Source of the DNA: an uncultured Terracidiphilus sp. | Lineage (GTDB): Bacteria > Acidobacteriota > Terriglobia > Terriglobales > Acidobacteriaceae | Direction: 5' to 3' | Assembly (NCBI GenBank): GCA_964407295.1 | Contig: CAYOVE010000001.1 | Location: forward strand, 6,450-70,449 | Length of the DNA: 64,000 nt | Program-made: the position numbers and the translations under genes | Shown here: positions 9,415-19,239 of the stretch, one piece after another | Layout: each line of letters begins with the position of its first letter | Position numbering within the stretch: the stretch's first letter is position 1 | Notes under the pieces: model-generated | What the model was told of the DNA's origin: nothing | What the model saw: only the letters and a program-made list of their open reading frames with translations | Databases searched by the model: none

Positions 9415-10634
9415 AGCACCGTTGGCCGCGAGCCCGGACTACCGAGGAGAGAGCCGACAGCATCGATCACGCGATCCTGAGTCTTGGGCGCGAGTCCGAC
9501 CGAACACGGCAAGCTGATGGCGCGGCTGTAGAGCGCATCGGCGTTGGGGCAGGAAGCGCTGTTCGAGGAGCAATACGCCCGCGACCGATGAATGGGCTGC
9601 CAAAGAGGCCGGGTTTGAATCTTCATACCGGCCAATGCGCGAAGAAGCTCACGCGAGCCAATACGCGACTCTCTTTCATCGATCAATACTGTGTACATCC
9701 AAAAAGTGCTGAACGCCCATTCGGCCTCCTTGGGCAAGCTCAGTCCGGGAACAGAAGCCAGCGATTCGCGATAGCGTTCTGCAATCTTCCGCTTGCAATC
9801 GACAAATGTGTCGAGCTGTTCCATCTGCGCGCACCCCATGGCCGCCAGCAAGTTTGTCAGGCGGTAGTTGTAGCCCACGGCATTGTGCATGTATTCGATG
9901 GGATCGTCTTTTGCCTGCGTTGTAAGATATTTTGCGCGCGAAGCCCACTCGGGATCATCGGTAACAATCATCCCTCCGCCGCCAGTGGTGATGATCTTGT
10001 TCCCGTTAAAGCTGAAGCAACCAATTTTACCGATACCACCCAGCGGGCTCCCCCGGTACAGCGCGCCCAGGCCTTCGGTAGCGTCCTCAATCACCGGCAA
10101 CGCGAATTTTGCCGCGACGGCAAGAATCGGATCCAGGTTAACCGGATGGCCAAGGATGTGCACCGGCAGGATGGCCTTTACGCGGCGGCCGGTCTGGCGG
10201 TTGCGCAATACATGCCCGTCCCACTGGCAGTTGTTTTCGATAAAATCGACAACCGCTGCAGGATCCATCTGCCAATACTCGGGTTCCGCATCGATGAAGA
10301 CCGGCCACGCGCCAACATAGCGGATCGCGTTGACCGGAGCGATAAAGGTGAGCGTCGAAACGAGTACCTCGTCGTCTCTCTCAACGCCTGCCAGAATCAG
10401 GGAGATATGCAAGGCCGCGGTTCCGTTGACCGTCGCAACGGCATACTTTGTGCCAGCCCGCTCTGCCGCCATCTTTTCGAACCGGTCAACATAGCTGCCG
10501 ACGGAGGAAACCCAGTTCGTATCCAGGCATTCCTTGACATAGCTCCACTCATTCCCGCGAATTTCGGGGACAATCAATGGAATAAGCTCATCGCCCGGCG
10601 AAGTTTCCGGGACCCATTCTTCTTTCGAGCTCAA
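9411..10634 (-). CDS. legC: LegC-family PLP aminotransferase (DegT/DnrJ/EryC1/StrS)
   Basis: WVSSVG, NGTAALH, EDATEGLG, SFNGNKIITTGGGG, GYNYR, TRPLW. Confidence 0.85.
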   Translation of the reverse strand: MSSKEEWVPETSPGDELIPLIVPEIRGNEWSYVKECLDTNWVSSVGSYVDRFEKMAAERAGTKYAVATVNGTAALHISLILAGVERDDEVLVSTLTFIAPVNAIRYVGAWPVFIDAEPEYWQMDPAAVVDFIENNCQWDGHVLRNRQTGRRVKAILPVHILGHPVNLDPILAVAAKFALPVIEDATEGLGALYRGSPLGGIGKIGCFSFNGNKIITTGGGGMIVTDDPEWASRAKYLTTQAKDDPIEYMHNAVGYNYRLTNLLAAMGCAQMEQLDTFVDCKRKIAERYRESLASVPGLSLPKEAEWAFSTFWMYTVLIDERESRIGSRELLRALAGMKIQTRPLWQPIHRSRAYCSSNSASCPNADALYSRAISLPCSVGLAPKTQDRVIDAVGSLLGSPGSRPTVL

Positions 10635-11599
10635 TTGCGGTATCTCCCGTCGCCGAAGTTAACGATGACGCCACTACGCACCAAGTGCGCTACTTCTTCA
10701 ATGCCCTGGGCGACCGTGCGCGTGATCCTGAAGCCCAGTTGGTCTGTAATGCGCGCGAATGAAACGCGGTAGTCGCGAGGATCTTCTGTCTTGTGCACGA
10801 ACTCGACAACAGCATCGGGCACATAGGGCTGGATCATTTCTACAAGTTGCTGCTTCTGGAAATTCTGGTCGGTAGCTCCCACATTGAATACGTTCCCGGC
10901 TACCTTCTCCGCGGGCGAATCAAGGACGAGGTGAATGGCTCGAGCCGCATCGCGTACATGCACGTATGGGCGCCAGAATTGCTCCCCATACACTTTGAGA
11001 TATTTCTTGGTGAGCAATTCCATTGTGAACTCATTGACCGTTAGATCGAAGCGCATACGCTGCGACACGCCGAAGACCGTAGCGAACCGCAAAGGGGTCG
11101 GGCACCATCCGTCATCGCGACCGCTGGCTAATAGGGCTTTTTCGACGGCAACCTTGGTCTCGGCGTACAGCGACACCGGACTCAATTCCGATTCCTCGTC
11201 TACATAGGCGTTCGAATCTTTCATCTTTCCGTAGTTGCTGCACGTCGAGGCAAAGAGAAAGCGCTTCACGCCGGCGCGTCGACTGGCTTCAATCAGTTCA
11301 ATTGAGGCCTGAAGATTAACCGCTCGCGCCACATCGGGCTGGCGAGAAGCCGCAGGATCGCCTACGATGGCAGCGAGATGCACAACCGCATCCATCCCGT
11401 GGACGGCTGCCTGTAACTGAGCACCGTCGCATAAATCTCCGCGCACGAATTCGAAACCGGGGTTGGACCAGAAACCCAGTAACGGATCGCCACCATGCAG
11501 AAGGCAGTCGATCGCGCGCACTCGATGCCCGTTTGCGAGTAACATCGGCACCAAAGTCGACCCAATATATCCTGCGCCGCCGGTAACAAGAATGTTCAT
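10631..11599 (-). CDS. NAD-dependent nucleotide-sugar epimerase/dehydratase (extended SDR)
   Basis: TGGAGYIG, HLAAIVG, YAETK (YxxxK), RPYVHVRD; alternative TTG start at 11617. Confidence 0.9.
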   Translation of the reverse strand: MNILVTGGAGYIGSTLVPMLLANGHRVRAIDCLLHGGDPLLGFWSNPGFEFVRGDLCDGAQLQAAVHGMDAVVHLAAIVGDPAASRQPDVARAVNLQASIELIEASRRAGVKRFLFASTCSNYGKMKDSNAYVDEESELSPVSLYAETKVAVEKALLASGRDDGWCPTPLRFATVFGVSQRMRFDLTVNEFTMELLTKKYLKVYGEQFWRPYVHVRDAARAIHLVLDSPAEKVAGNVFNVGATDQNFQKQQLVEMIQPYVPDAVVEFVHKTEDPRDYRVSFARITDQLGFRITRTVAQGIEEVAHLVRSGVIVNFGDGRYRN

Positions 11600-11761
11600 T
11601 TTGATTTGTTCGCTCAACTTTCGGTTTAGGGGATGCTGCTATTGCTTGGAGAGTCCAGTCGCTCTCAAGAACCCGCGCCGGTTTTCTCACAACGAAAACG
11701 GATTCAGAAGTAAAGTGGCTTTTTCTAAGTCTAATGCACGTGCAGCGGCCTGAATTCTCGC

Positions 11762-13048
11762 TCAAAGAATGTCAATCAACCCTTTGGCCGCCCATCGTTC
11801 CAAATACTCCAGAGTCTCTTTTTCCGGCAAGCCGACTTGATCGGCGAGTGCCTTCACGCTGGTCGGCCTGTCGAGCGCAGGCACCAGGTCCATTAAGGAT
11901 CGCATTCGGCGTTGCTGATCGAGTAAAGTGTCGCCGAGAGCGATCTGACCGTAGTCGACGTACAGATCATATTGCGGATTTGACAGGCAGACGTTGCCTT
12001 CAAATTTCTTCACGATCATGGGGGATGATTCCATCCAGTTTACTGCTCCAATGAGGGCCTCGACAGCCTGATTTAGCGAGGATTCCAGGATGATTTCCAT
12101 GCTGTCGCGGCTGGAGTGATATTCAGGGTAGGGAAACCGCGAGAACGACAGCATCGGAATCCCATAGTTCTCCCAGACATACTCGTCGTTCACAATGATG
12201 CTTTCAAATGGGCCGGTGCGATAGGGCAATCGCAGTTGGTCGAGGCTCGCCTTCAGAGCATGCTTAACGCTGACTTCGCCGCGGCGAGAGTCCTGCACTG
12301 CCAGCGGGGTGTCAGATCCAAGCATCTCCAGAAAAACGCCCTCCAAAATCTGGCTGCTTTCAAACTTGCTCAGACCGGCGAGGTAGAACTCGGAACCGAT
12401 AATTCCCGGCGAGAGAACCAGCGAATAAGTAAATCTTGTTTTACGGCCGCGCAGGCGGCGCATCACTTCAATGCCTACAACGCAGCCCGCAAGGCCATCG
12501 TTGGCCACGCCGGCGTGGTCCAGATTGCCGCCCAGGGCAATCGTTAAGCCGAGCGATCCCCGATGCGCATACTCCAGGATTTTCAACTCGCCGGGAGCTT
12601 CAGCGGTGCGGATCACGATCTCATAATCGCCAGCAACGAGCTCATCGAAGAATCGCTTGGGAACGCAGAATCCCCAGTCCCTGCTCCAGGCGCGGAATTG
12701 CTGCCGATAGTGGTATGGAATGGAGTCATCGTGGCGATGATCGAAGTAGAGGTGACGCCGGAGCTCATCGAGATCGACAATTCCGGAAAAGCTCTTCGAG
12801 AGGGCTATGACCCCCAGCGGATGGGCCAGTCCATTGTAGATCGTGCGGCCGTCCTTTATGATTCGCGCTTCCTCAACGTCCCATGAAGGAGGAATCAGCC
12901 AGCCGTTGTGATCGCGCGAAGCCGGCACGGAGATGACGCGAAATGGGAGCACGTCGCGAAGATAGTCGACCGCGCGATCGTAACCAAGCGAGCACACGGC
13001 CCGATTGAGCGGCGTGAGCTGCCTCAGGATTTCCATCATGCTTTTCAT
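11762..13048 (-). CDS. DUF4910/DUF2172-family aminopeptidase-fold polysaccharide biosynthesis protein
   Basis: W.IP.SW, IPY...RDWGFC, H...ANDGLAG, YPEYHSSRD, CLS..DLY, C-terminal HTH-like segment. Confidence 0.8.
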   Translation of the reverse strand: MKSMMEILRQLTPLNRAVCSLGYDRAVDYLRDVLPFRVISVPASRDHNGWLIPPSWDVEEARIIKDGRTIYNGLAHPLGVIALSKSFSGIVDLDELRRHLYFDHRHDDSIPYHYRQQFRAWSRDWGFCVPKRFFDELVAGDYEIVIRTAEAPGELKILEYAHRGSLGLTIALGGNLDHAGVANDGLAGCVVGIEVMRRLRGRKTRFTYSLVLSPGIIGSEFYLAGLSKFESSQILEGVFLEMLGSDTPLAVQDSRRGEVSVKHALKASLDQLRLPYRTGPFESIIVNDEYVWENYGIPMLSFSRFPYPEYHSSRDSMEIILESSLNQAVEALIGAVNWMESSPMIVKKFEGNVCLSNPQYDLYVDYGQIALGDTLLDQQRRMRSLMDLVPALDRPTSVKALADQVGLPEKETLEYLERWAAKGLIDIL

Positions 13049-13055
13049 GGGCAGC

Positions 13056-13994
13056 CTAACTCGGCAAATCGTTGGTATCCAAACGCGGCAGGGTTAATCG
13101 ATCATCGGCGTCCAGATCCGCAATGCGGGCGTCCGCGGTAAAACCAAGCGGACAATGACGCTGCCGGAGGATTTGAAGCAGTGATTCGTTGAATCCGCCA
13201 TAGGGATAACACATAGTCCAATCGTCTTTTCCAACGCCCAGCGCTTCAAGGAACGCGATGGAACCGTCAATCTCCGCCGCCTGCATCTCCGGCGGCAGAT
13301 GATTCAACCACGCATGGGTGCGGCCGTGCCCGCCGATGTGCATTCCATTGCGCAGCATGCATTCGATCTGGTCCACCGACATATACAACTCGGAGGCGAA
13401 AGCTTCTTCGTCGCGGGTGACATATTGGGCGAACAACCGCTTGACGATCTCGCGTCGAACTGCTTCCGGGAGCTCGCGTTGAAGCAGGCGCTTGACTGCG
13501 GTCACTTCGCTGGGATCGTAGCGATGCCGCTCGGTGAAGGCCAGAAGATATTCCTCTTTTGTGCGGAGCGCATATTCTGATCTGAACTCATCGAGAGACG
13601 CAAAGATCTGCTCCAGGAGAACGCCGGCTTCCGGCACCGACGCAAGCACAAACTGAATCTTATTGACGTCCAGAACTCTGTGCTCAAGAACTGCCCGCAC
13701 TGTGGGGAAGAAACAGCCTTGAATTCCTCGAGCGTCCAGCAAAGGGAATACGTTTTGGAAGTGGTCGCTGTAGCCATCGTCAAATGTCAGCAAAATGGCG
13801 TTCGACGGCAAAGCTCGGCGGCCGGGAGGCAACGCTTCCATCAGATCCTGCACGGTGACGGGAGTATAGTGCGCCTCGATGTAATCAAGCTGCCTGCGGA
13901 AGCGTTCGAGCGAAAGGCCCTTTATCGCGGGAAATCGCGAGCGCGCCAGATCCCGCACGTAGTGATACATCACGATGGTGATGTTTCGAGTCAT
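13056..13994 (-). CDS. Polysaccharide deacetylase family protein
   Basis: MYHYVR, LTFDDGYSDH, GGHGRTH, CYPYG, LPRLDTND. Confidence 0.9.
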   Translation of the reverse strand: MTRNITIVMYHYVRDLARSRFPAIKGLSLERFRRQLDYIEAHYTPVTVQDLMEALPPGRRALPSNAILLTFDDGYSDHFQNVFPLLDARGIQGCFFPTVRAVLEHRVLDVNKIQFVLASVPEAGVLLEQIFASLDEFRSEYALRTKEEYLLAFTERHRYDPSEVTAVKRLLQRELPEAVRREIVKRLFAQYVTRDEEAFASELYMSVDQIECMLRNGMHIGGHGRTHAWLNHLPPEMQAAEIDGSIAFLEALGVGKDDWTMCYPYGGFNESLLQILRQRHCPLGFTADARIADLDADDRLTLPRLDTNDLPS

Positions 13995-14178
13995 ATTCTG
14001 TGCGATTGAGGAAAGCCGCCACTTTCTTGAATTTGAGTCCTACCAATTCCATACGAGGTACTCCATCTTGTAAGAATGACTGTGACCCTCCGGAAAGCAT
14101 TCTCGCGTATAGAAAGCATGTTTGCGTCCTAAGTCTGGCCCGTGAAGTCTGATCTCGATGAGGAGCGAGGAAGCTTAC

Positions 14179-15294
14179 TTACGAAGGTGACACCGGTTCT
14201 TCAAGCAATGGAATTGACGAGATCGTGCTCCTTCTCGCTCGCTGGGAGAGCGATTTACCCAGGCGGATTGCGGGCTTTTCTATCACGAAATACGAGAGTG
14301 GCACGACCAGGAACAGAAGCGGATACATTAGCGACGTAAACTCATGGGCACCGGAGAATTGAAATCTCCTCCCTGTGAACATCTGCTGCCACAAATAGAT
14401 TCCGTACGATGTAACGCCAACAGCCTGCGCGGGTTTGCTCAATAGAAATGCCCGGAGCCAGCGTCCGCGCTCCATGCTAAACAGCAACAAAAGACCGATG
14501 GACAGCGGCAAAAACAGGCTTTCGTATGCTATTTCCTGCCAACTTGCACTGCCTGTCGCATGCGCGAACAAGATCAGCGTGACCAACGCCACCAGGAATC
14601 CTGGAATGCGCGCGGCAATGGCGCGGAGGCGCATCTCATGGATGGCCATCAATGCGCCGCACGATATGCAAACGAACCCTCCGCGCACGGTAGTGGATAT
14701 CATTGGCTCCGTATTCGCAAACAAGGCAGAGAAATTCCACGCTATGCACGCCAGAAAAACGCCAACAAACACCGGTGCCTTTAAGAGCTTTGGCGCCAGC
14801 ACCCATATGGCTGGGAAGATTACATAGAACTGCTCCTCGACCGACAAGCTCCAGGAATGAGCATCGAACCAGCCGACACGCCATAGGTGAAAATCAGTTA
14901 CGAATACTGCGGCGCGCAGAATCTCATCCCAATGCTCGTGAATAAGTCCACAAAATAGCAATAGCGACACTAGCGCGAGATAGAAATAAAACGGTGGCAG
15001 GATGCGACAGGCTCTCCTTATATAGAAGGCCTTGAGCGAAACTGATCCGTAACGCGCCTCTTCTAGGATCAACAGCCGGAAAATGACGAATCCGCTGATC
15101 ACGAAGAATATCTTCACACCGAGTCCGCCGAAAGACGCAATATGGGTCCCAACCGTCGGAAAGCGTGTGATGAAGCCGGGATGCTGGAGGAAACAATGCG
15201 CCAGAAAAACGAACGACACGCTGATGGCGCGCCACCCGTCCAGTTCTCTCAGCCGGCCGTCAGTCTTAGATTGATTCAAGGTGTCCATTTTCAT
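14179..15294 (-). CDS. Acyltransferase family 3 (OafA-like O-acyltransferase, no SGNH domain)
   Basis: LDGWRA, GVKIFFVISGF, FYIRR.CRILP, WSLSVEEQFY, SYGIYLWQ. Confidence 0.9.
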   Translation of the reverse strand: MKMDTLNQSKTDGRLRELDGWRAISVSFVFLAHCFLQHPGFITRFPTVGTHIASFGGLGVKIFFVISGFVIFRLLILEEARYGSVSLKAFYIRRACRILPPFYFYLALVSLLLFCGLIHEHWDEILRAAVFVTDFHLWRVGWFDAHSWSLSVEEQFYVIFPAIWVLAPKLLKAPVFVGVFLACIAWNFSALFANTEPMISTTVRGGFVCISCGALMAIHEMRLRAIAARIPGFLVALVTLILFAHATGSASWQEIAYESLFLPLSIGLLLLFSMERGRWLRAFLLSKPAQAVGVTSYGIYLWQQMFTGRRFQFSGAHEFTSLMYPLLFLVVPLSYFVIEKPAIRLGKSLSQRARRSTISSIPLLEEPVSPS

Positions 15295-15311
15295 CGTGTT
15301 GATTTAGAGGT

Positions 15312-17510
15312 TCATTGGGGCGCCAAGTTATCGATCTCATAAATCCTCAGGCTTCCGGTGCGCTCCTGTTGAACTAGCCACGGCGGTAATGGCCTGGGCA
15401 ACGCGATGTCGGTGCCGGGTCGAGCTACAAGCCACCGGACATGCCAAGCTTCGGCAATGCGGTGCAGGGTTTCAGGATCTGTCGTACTGAATAGCATGTC
15501 GTTGTCGTGAAGCAGCGGTTTGAACCAGGGCAGCACCTGCACATCATGGTATGCATAGCCCTCAAGTAACACGGGGCGCTCGGATATGGCGTCGTACGAA
15601 TACGATCGCTCCGGCTCGGTAGCCGTGGTGTCCACCAGGTGCTTATTGGTTGCGAATCGCTCGTCCGGCGCCGCAAGCCCGCGAAGACGATACAAGCCCG
15701 TAACCTCGCCGGGCGAAAGAGTGACGTCCATCTTCATTCGTCCCATTCCAAAATTGAGCCATGGCGTAATCCAGGCCAGAAAGCCAACCATGAGGACGCC
15801 CATGAGAATAGCCGACGCGGCGATTGAAAAACTGGAGTGGCGTTTCATCACGGCCGAGATACCGATAAGGAGCAGGATGAAAAACAGACAGAGCAGCAAT
15901 TTGAACGGAAAAGATGTGATCCCTGTGTGGCGATGAGTGAGGAAGGCGACGGCAAAGACCAGAAGCCCACAAGCGGCGAGAAAGATCATCCCGATTTTCG
16001 CCATCCTGAGCCACGCCATCGTCCATTTAGAGCGCTCCGCACTTCGCCACCATCCCGGGGTCAGGCGCGAAAACGCAAATATGCTGAAGAGGGCTTGAAG
16101 ATAGTAAACGCCGTAGCGCTCGTTGCCTTCCAGTTGCATCAAAAGCCAAAACAACATCAGGCCAATCACGCTTACCAGCACCAGGGCAGACATTGGATCT
16201 TTGAACGGCTTTGAAATCCATTGAAAGCCGAGTATCCTGATCCCCAAACCTACCGTGAACCAGACTGCAACCGCCCACCAGTAGCTGCCTGGATTGTGAT
16301 TGATGGTCGATACGGCCACGTCTCCGGCGTGGCTATAACCCATGATTTTCCATGCCCCGAGAAACATGCCGAACATGAGGACGATCAGCGGCCACGAACG
16401 CGCCACCCGGAGCCGATCCCAAAACAGCAGAATGCCGACGACTCCGAGGCAGTACAGTGCGGCCACCGAATTGATTGCGACCGCGAGAGCCGGCAGGGCC
16501 GCCAGGGTCAGGCCGCGCGCGGTGACGACAGCTTCGTGCTCCCTCTGAAGAAGGCAAAGTCCCATGATGGCAGTCATCGCAACCAGGCCATGAAGCACCG
16601 AATGACCGAGGATCAAATGACTGAATGGCCCACCTTGAGCGAGCACTTCAATGCCGGGAATGTTAAATAAGATGGCACCCGTCACATAACTCGAACTATT
16701 CAGCTCGTTATTGAAAAGCGATAAGATCGAGCCGTAAAAAAAGAGCCCGGCAACAGACATGATCCCGCCAAGCTTTTCGCCCGTTGCCTTGATTGAGAGC
16801 AGAGTGCCGAGCCCGAAGCAAGAAAGAACGAGAGCCCAGAGCGATGCCCCGCGCGTCACCCGGGCATATGCGTCGCCAAGACTGAGCGAATCAAGCCGGG
16901 AGATAGCGGCTGCCGGTGCGTAGGGCCCGAAATGGTAGTAAAGTTCGGCAGTCGCCGTTCCGGGTACTGTCGGCGGGCTCGCTTGCTTAATGTTCGCGGC
17001 CATTGCATGGAAAAACTGCGTATCCGCGTACATCCAGTTGAAGCTCCCGTCGTGCCTCATGACCGCATCCCTTGAAGCGCCGGGAAGAAAGAAAAGAACG
17101 CAGATCAGCGCGGAAAGCAGAGCGAGCGCATAACCGTAGGGGACGGTGCTTCTTGTCCACAAAGCGCGATCGGTCCAGAGTCCCAAAGCTCCGGCGACTG
17201 CCAATCCGACCCAAAAAGCCGTGGCCCAAATCAGTGGGTGGCCCAGCCTTACCCAAAACGCTGTCAAAGCTGAGATCGCCAGGATGCCGGCTGCCGGAGC
17301 CAGAAACATAGCCTGAGCCCGGGCAAAAGCAGGCAACGCCGCACTTATCAGGCTATAGCCTGCGGCAAATACCACGATTGCATAGGCGAGAAAGTTAAAT
17401 GCGGCCACACTTCCAGCAGTAATGAGCACCACTGCCAGCCACGGCAAGAGCACGAGAGGTATGACAATCAGGTTGCGCTGTTCAGTGCGCAATAGAACGT
17501 TCATTCCCAT
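15312..17510 (-). CDS. Large polytopic membrane protein (GT-C-like), paralog of 20589-22814
   Basis: Many hydrophobic helices, loop motif DTQFFHA...LYYHF, C-terminal soluble domain; GAGGAA RBS before ATG 17510. Confidence 0.7.
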   Translation of the reverse strand: MGMNVLLRTEQRNLIVIPLVLLPWLAVVLITAGSVAAFNFLAYAIVVFAAGYSLISAALPAFARAQAMFLAPAAGILAISALTAFWVRLGHPLIWATAFWVGLAVAGALGLWTDRALWTRSTVPYGYALALLSALICVLFFLPGASRDAVMRHDGSFNWMYADTQFFHAMAANIKQASPPTVPGTATAELYYHFGPYAPAAAISRLDSLSLGDAYARVTRGASLWALVLSCFGLGTLLSIKATGEKLGGIMSVAGLFFYGSILSLFNNELNSSSYVTGAILFNIPGIEVLAQGGPFSHLILGHSVLHGLVAMTAIMGLCLLQREHEAVVTARGLTLAALPALAVAINSVAALYCLGVVGILLFWDRLRVARSWPLIVLMFGMFLGAWKIMGYSHAGDVAVSTINHNPGSYWWAVAVWFTVGLGIRILGFQWISKPFKDPMSALVLVSVIGLMLFWLLMQLEGNERYGVYYLQALFSIFAFSRLTPGWWRSAERSKWTMAWLRMAKIGMIFLAACGLLVFAVAFLTHRHTGITSFPFKLLLCLFFILLLIGISAVMKRHSSFSIAASAILMGVLMVGFLAWITPWLNFGMGRMKMDVTLSPGEVTGLYRLRGLAAPDERFATNKHLVDTTATEPERSYSYDAISERPVLLEGYAYHDVQVLPWFKPLLHDNDMLFSTTDPETLHRIAEAWHVRWLVARPGTDIALPRPLPPWLVQQERTGSLRIYEIDNLAPQ

Positions 17511-17556
17511 TTCCTCATCTGGCAAACGCGGAGGCAGCCCTCACCCCCTGGAACCC

Positions 17557-19197
17557 TTAGAATTCTGCCTGTTGGTGGTGGCCTGTGAAGACCAGTTGGC
17601 CAACGAACACGCATATTGCCAGGAAACATGCGAGCAAGAGATCAACAAGGAGTGCCGTTCGACTATATCGTCCGACCCACGCACGATCGAGTTTGGACCC
17701 GACAGCGGTCTTATCTCCCGCGCCAAGCGCGCGAACGCATAACGCTGCAGCGCCCGGGCTACAAGGATCGATCTGGATGAGCGGCAGGTCGCGCGATTGA
17801 ACGATATAGTCATCGAACGGACCATCCGAAATGGTCGGCCTGTTCGTCATAACAAAGCGGTTGCCGAAATTGGCCCGCACACGAAATTGGGCGACCTTGG
17901 GCTCGTAGTTATCGTAACTAAAACAATGTTCGATACACGCCCGATCTATGATGTGTGCTCCGCCAACATTCGTAGAGGAAAAGGTCTCGATGGTACCGAC
18001 AACTCGTTCTCCCGGGGGCAGATTGCGCACCAGGCTGTCTAACTGATCTTCCATGCGATTGATTGCACCGGTGTCTCCATATAAGCAACCAAAGAAAACA
18101 ACTGCGATAGCGGAAAAGCCGAGCAGTTGCCACTTCTGCGGCTTGATTGCACCCAGCATGCAACAAACGAGAACCGCCAGTACCGTGGTCAGCCTTTCGC
18201 TAAGAAATCCAATCGAAACGAAACCCATTCGGTGGAGCTGTCGCGAATCGATGTCGGTCGGAAGAAGAACAATCGCGGACAATATGATGACATAAAGCTC
18301 GACCGACAACCGATAAGAAGACCACCAGCGGAGTGAATGACGCCGGCGCACGAGATCAAGCAAAAGACAGGCACAGATGAGAACCCGAAGCAATCGCGAA
18401 GGTAATAAGTATCTGGGCCCAAAAAGCAATAACTGGTCAGATCCGTCATGGATATAGTTCGGTATGCTGCCCCATGTGACACCGTTCAAAGGAAAGTGAA
18501 TGTAAATAGCGACATGTATTGCCGCGAGCAAGAGGACCGCGGACGCAACCAGATACAAACGAAGGCGCAGAGATATCCGTTCGACGAGCAAAGCGTAAGA
18601 GCCGGCAGCGCCCAGCACCAGCGCTCCGAGCGGGTGCGCGAGCCAAATGAGAGGGATAAGGACTACGGCAAATGCGCGTTGCCAGCCCCGGCCCCGCACA
18701 AGAATGGCCAATGCAACAAACGCCAGGCCAAATGAGATATAGCAGTTCATGAAGCCCATCTCAAATGTCCAGCCGTACGTAAAGATGGCCACGCAGGGCA
18801 GAATGAACCAGGGGAGAGAACGTGTAATCGCCGATGCCAGGGCAAAAGCGCCCCAGAAGAAAATCAGCACCGCTCCGCCGGTGGCGATCTTTTCAGCGGC
18901 CCCCCAGCCGAGAATCTTTCCAAGCCCCGAAAGGGCATAGTCAAAAAAAACGTTGTTCCAGCGCCGTGCGAGCCACAAACCCGGCATTTGGCCGGCTTTG
19001 ATCAGCTGCGCGAGCCATGCGTTGTACACATGACTTGCGAGGTCGCCGGCTTCAATATGACGGTGCCAATAACAGGGGACGAGTACACCCACTGAAATGA
19101 CCAGCAATCTGAGCCAATATGCCCGCACAAATTGACGAAGGGCGGCACAAGTTGAAGGATGTGCGTTTTGCTGGTACGAAGGGCCCGACAGGTTCAT
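17557..19197 (-). CDS. Polytopic membrane protein, probable GT-C fold glycosyltransferase
   Basis: First TM helix followed by GDLASH loop, GFMN, HP and ER motifs, C-terminal soluble domain. Confidence 0.6.
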   Translation of the reverse strand: MNLSGPSYQQNAHPSTCAALRQFVRAYWLRLLVISVGVLVPCYWHRHIEAGDLASHVYNAWLAQLIKAGQMPGLWLARRWNNVFFDYALSGLGKILGWGAAEKIATGGAVLIFFWGAFALASAITRSLPWFILPCVAIFTYGWTFEMGFMNCYISFGLAFVALAILVRGRGWQRAFAVVLIPLIWLAHPLGALVLGAAGSYALLVERISLRLRLYLVASAVLLLAAIHVAIYIHFPLNGVTWGSIPNYIHDGSDQLLLFGPRYLLPSRLLRVLICACLLLDLVRRRHSLRWWSSYRLSVELYVIILSAIVLLPTDIDSRQLHRMGFVSIGFLSERLTTVLAVLVCCMLGAIKPQKWQLLGFSAIAVVFFGCLYGDTGAINRMEDQLDSLVRNLPPGERVVGTIETFSSTNVGGAHIIDRACIEHCFSYDNYEPKVAQFRVRANFGNRFVMTNRPTISDGPFDDYIVQSRDLPLIQIDPCSPGAAALCVRALGAGDKTAVGSKLDRAWVGRYSRTALLVDLLLACFLAICVFVGQLVFTGHHQQAEF

Positions 19198-19239
19198 GAG
19201 GTGACTTTCTTAATTCAGTGCTCTCGAAGTTCTCGTCTG

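Noticed and set aside
9372-10772. 466-aa plus-strand ORF (likewise 5208-6137, 30864-31751 and 58092-59045)
   Set aside because: These are antisense shadows of well-supported minus-strand genes, have no recognisable motifs, and are expected in GC-rich DNA
18943-18950. 8-nt A/T homopolymers in coding regions (also near 5651 and 55295) as phase-variation tracts
   Set aside because: Too short, and the reading frames are intact
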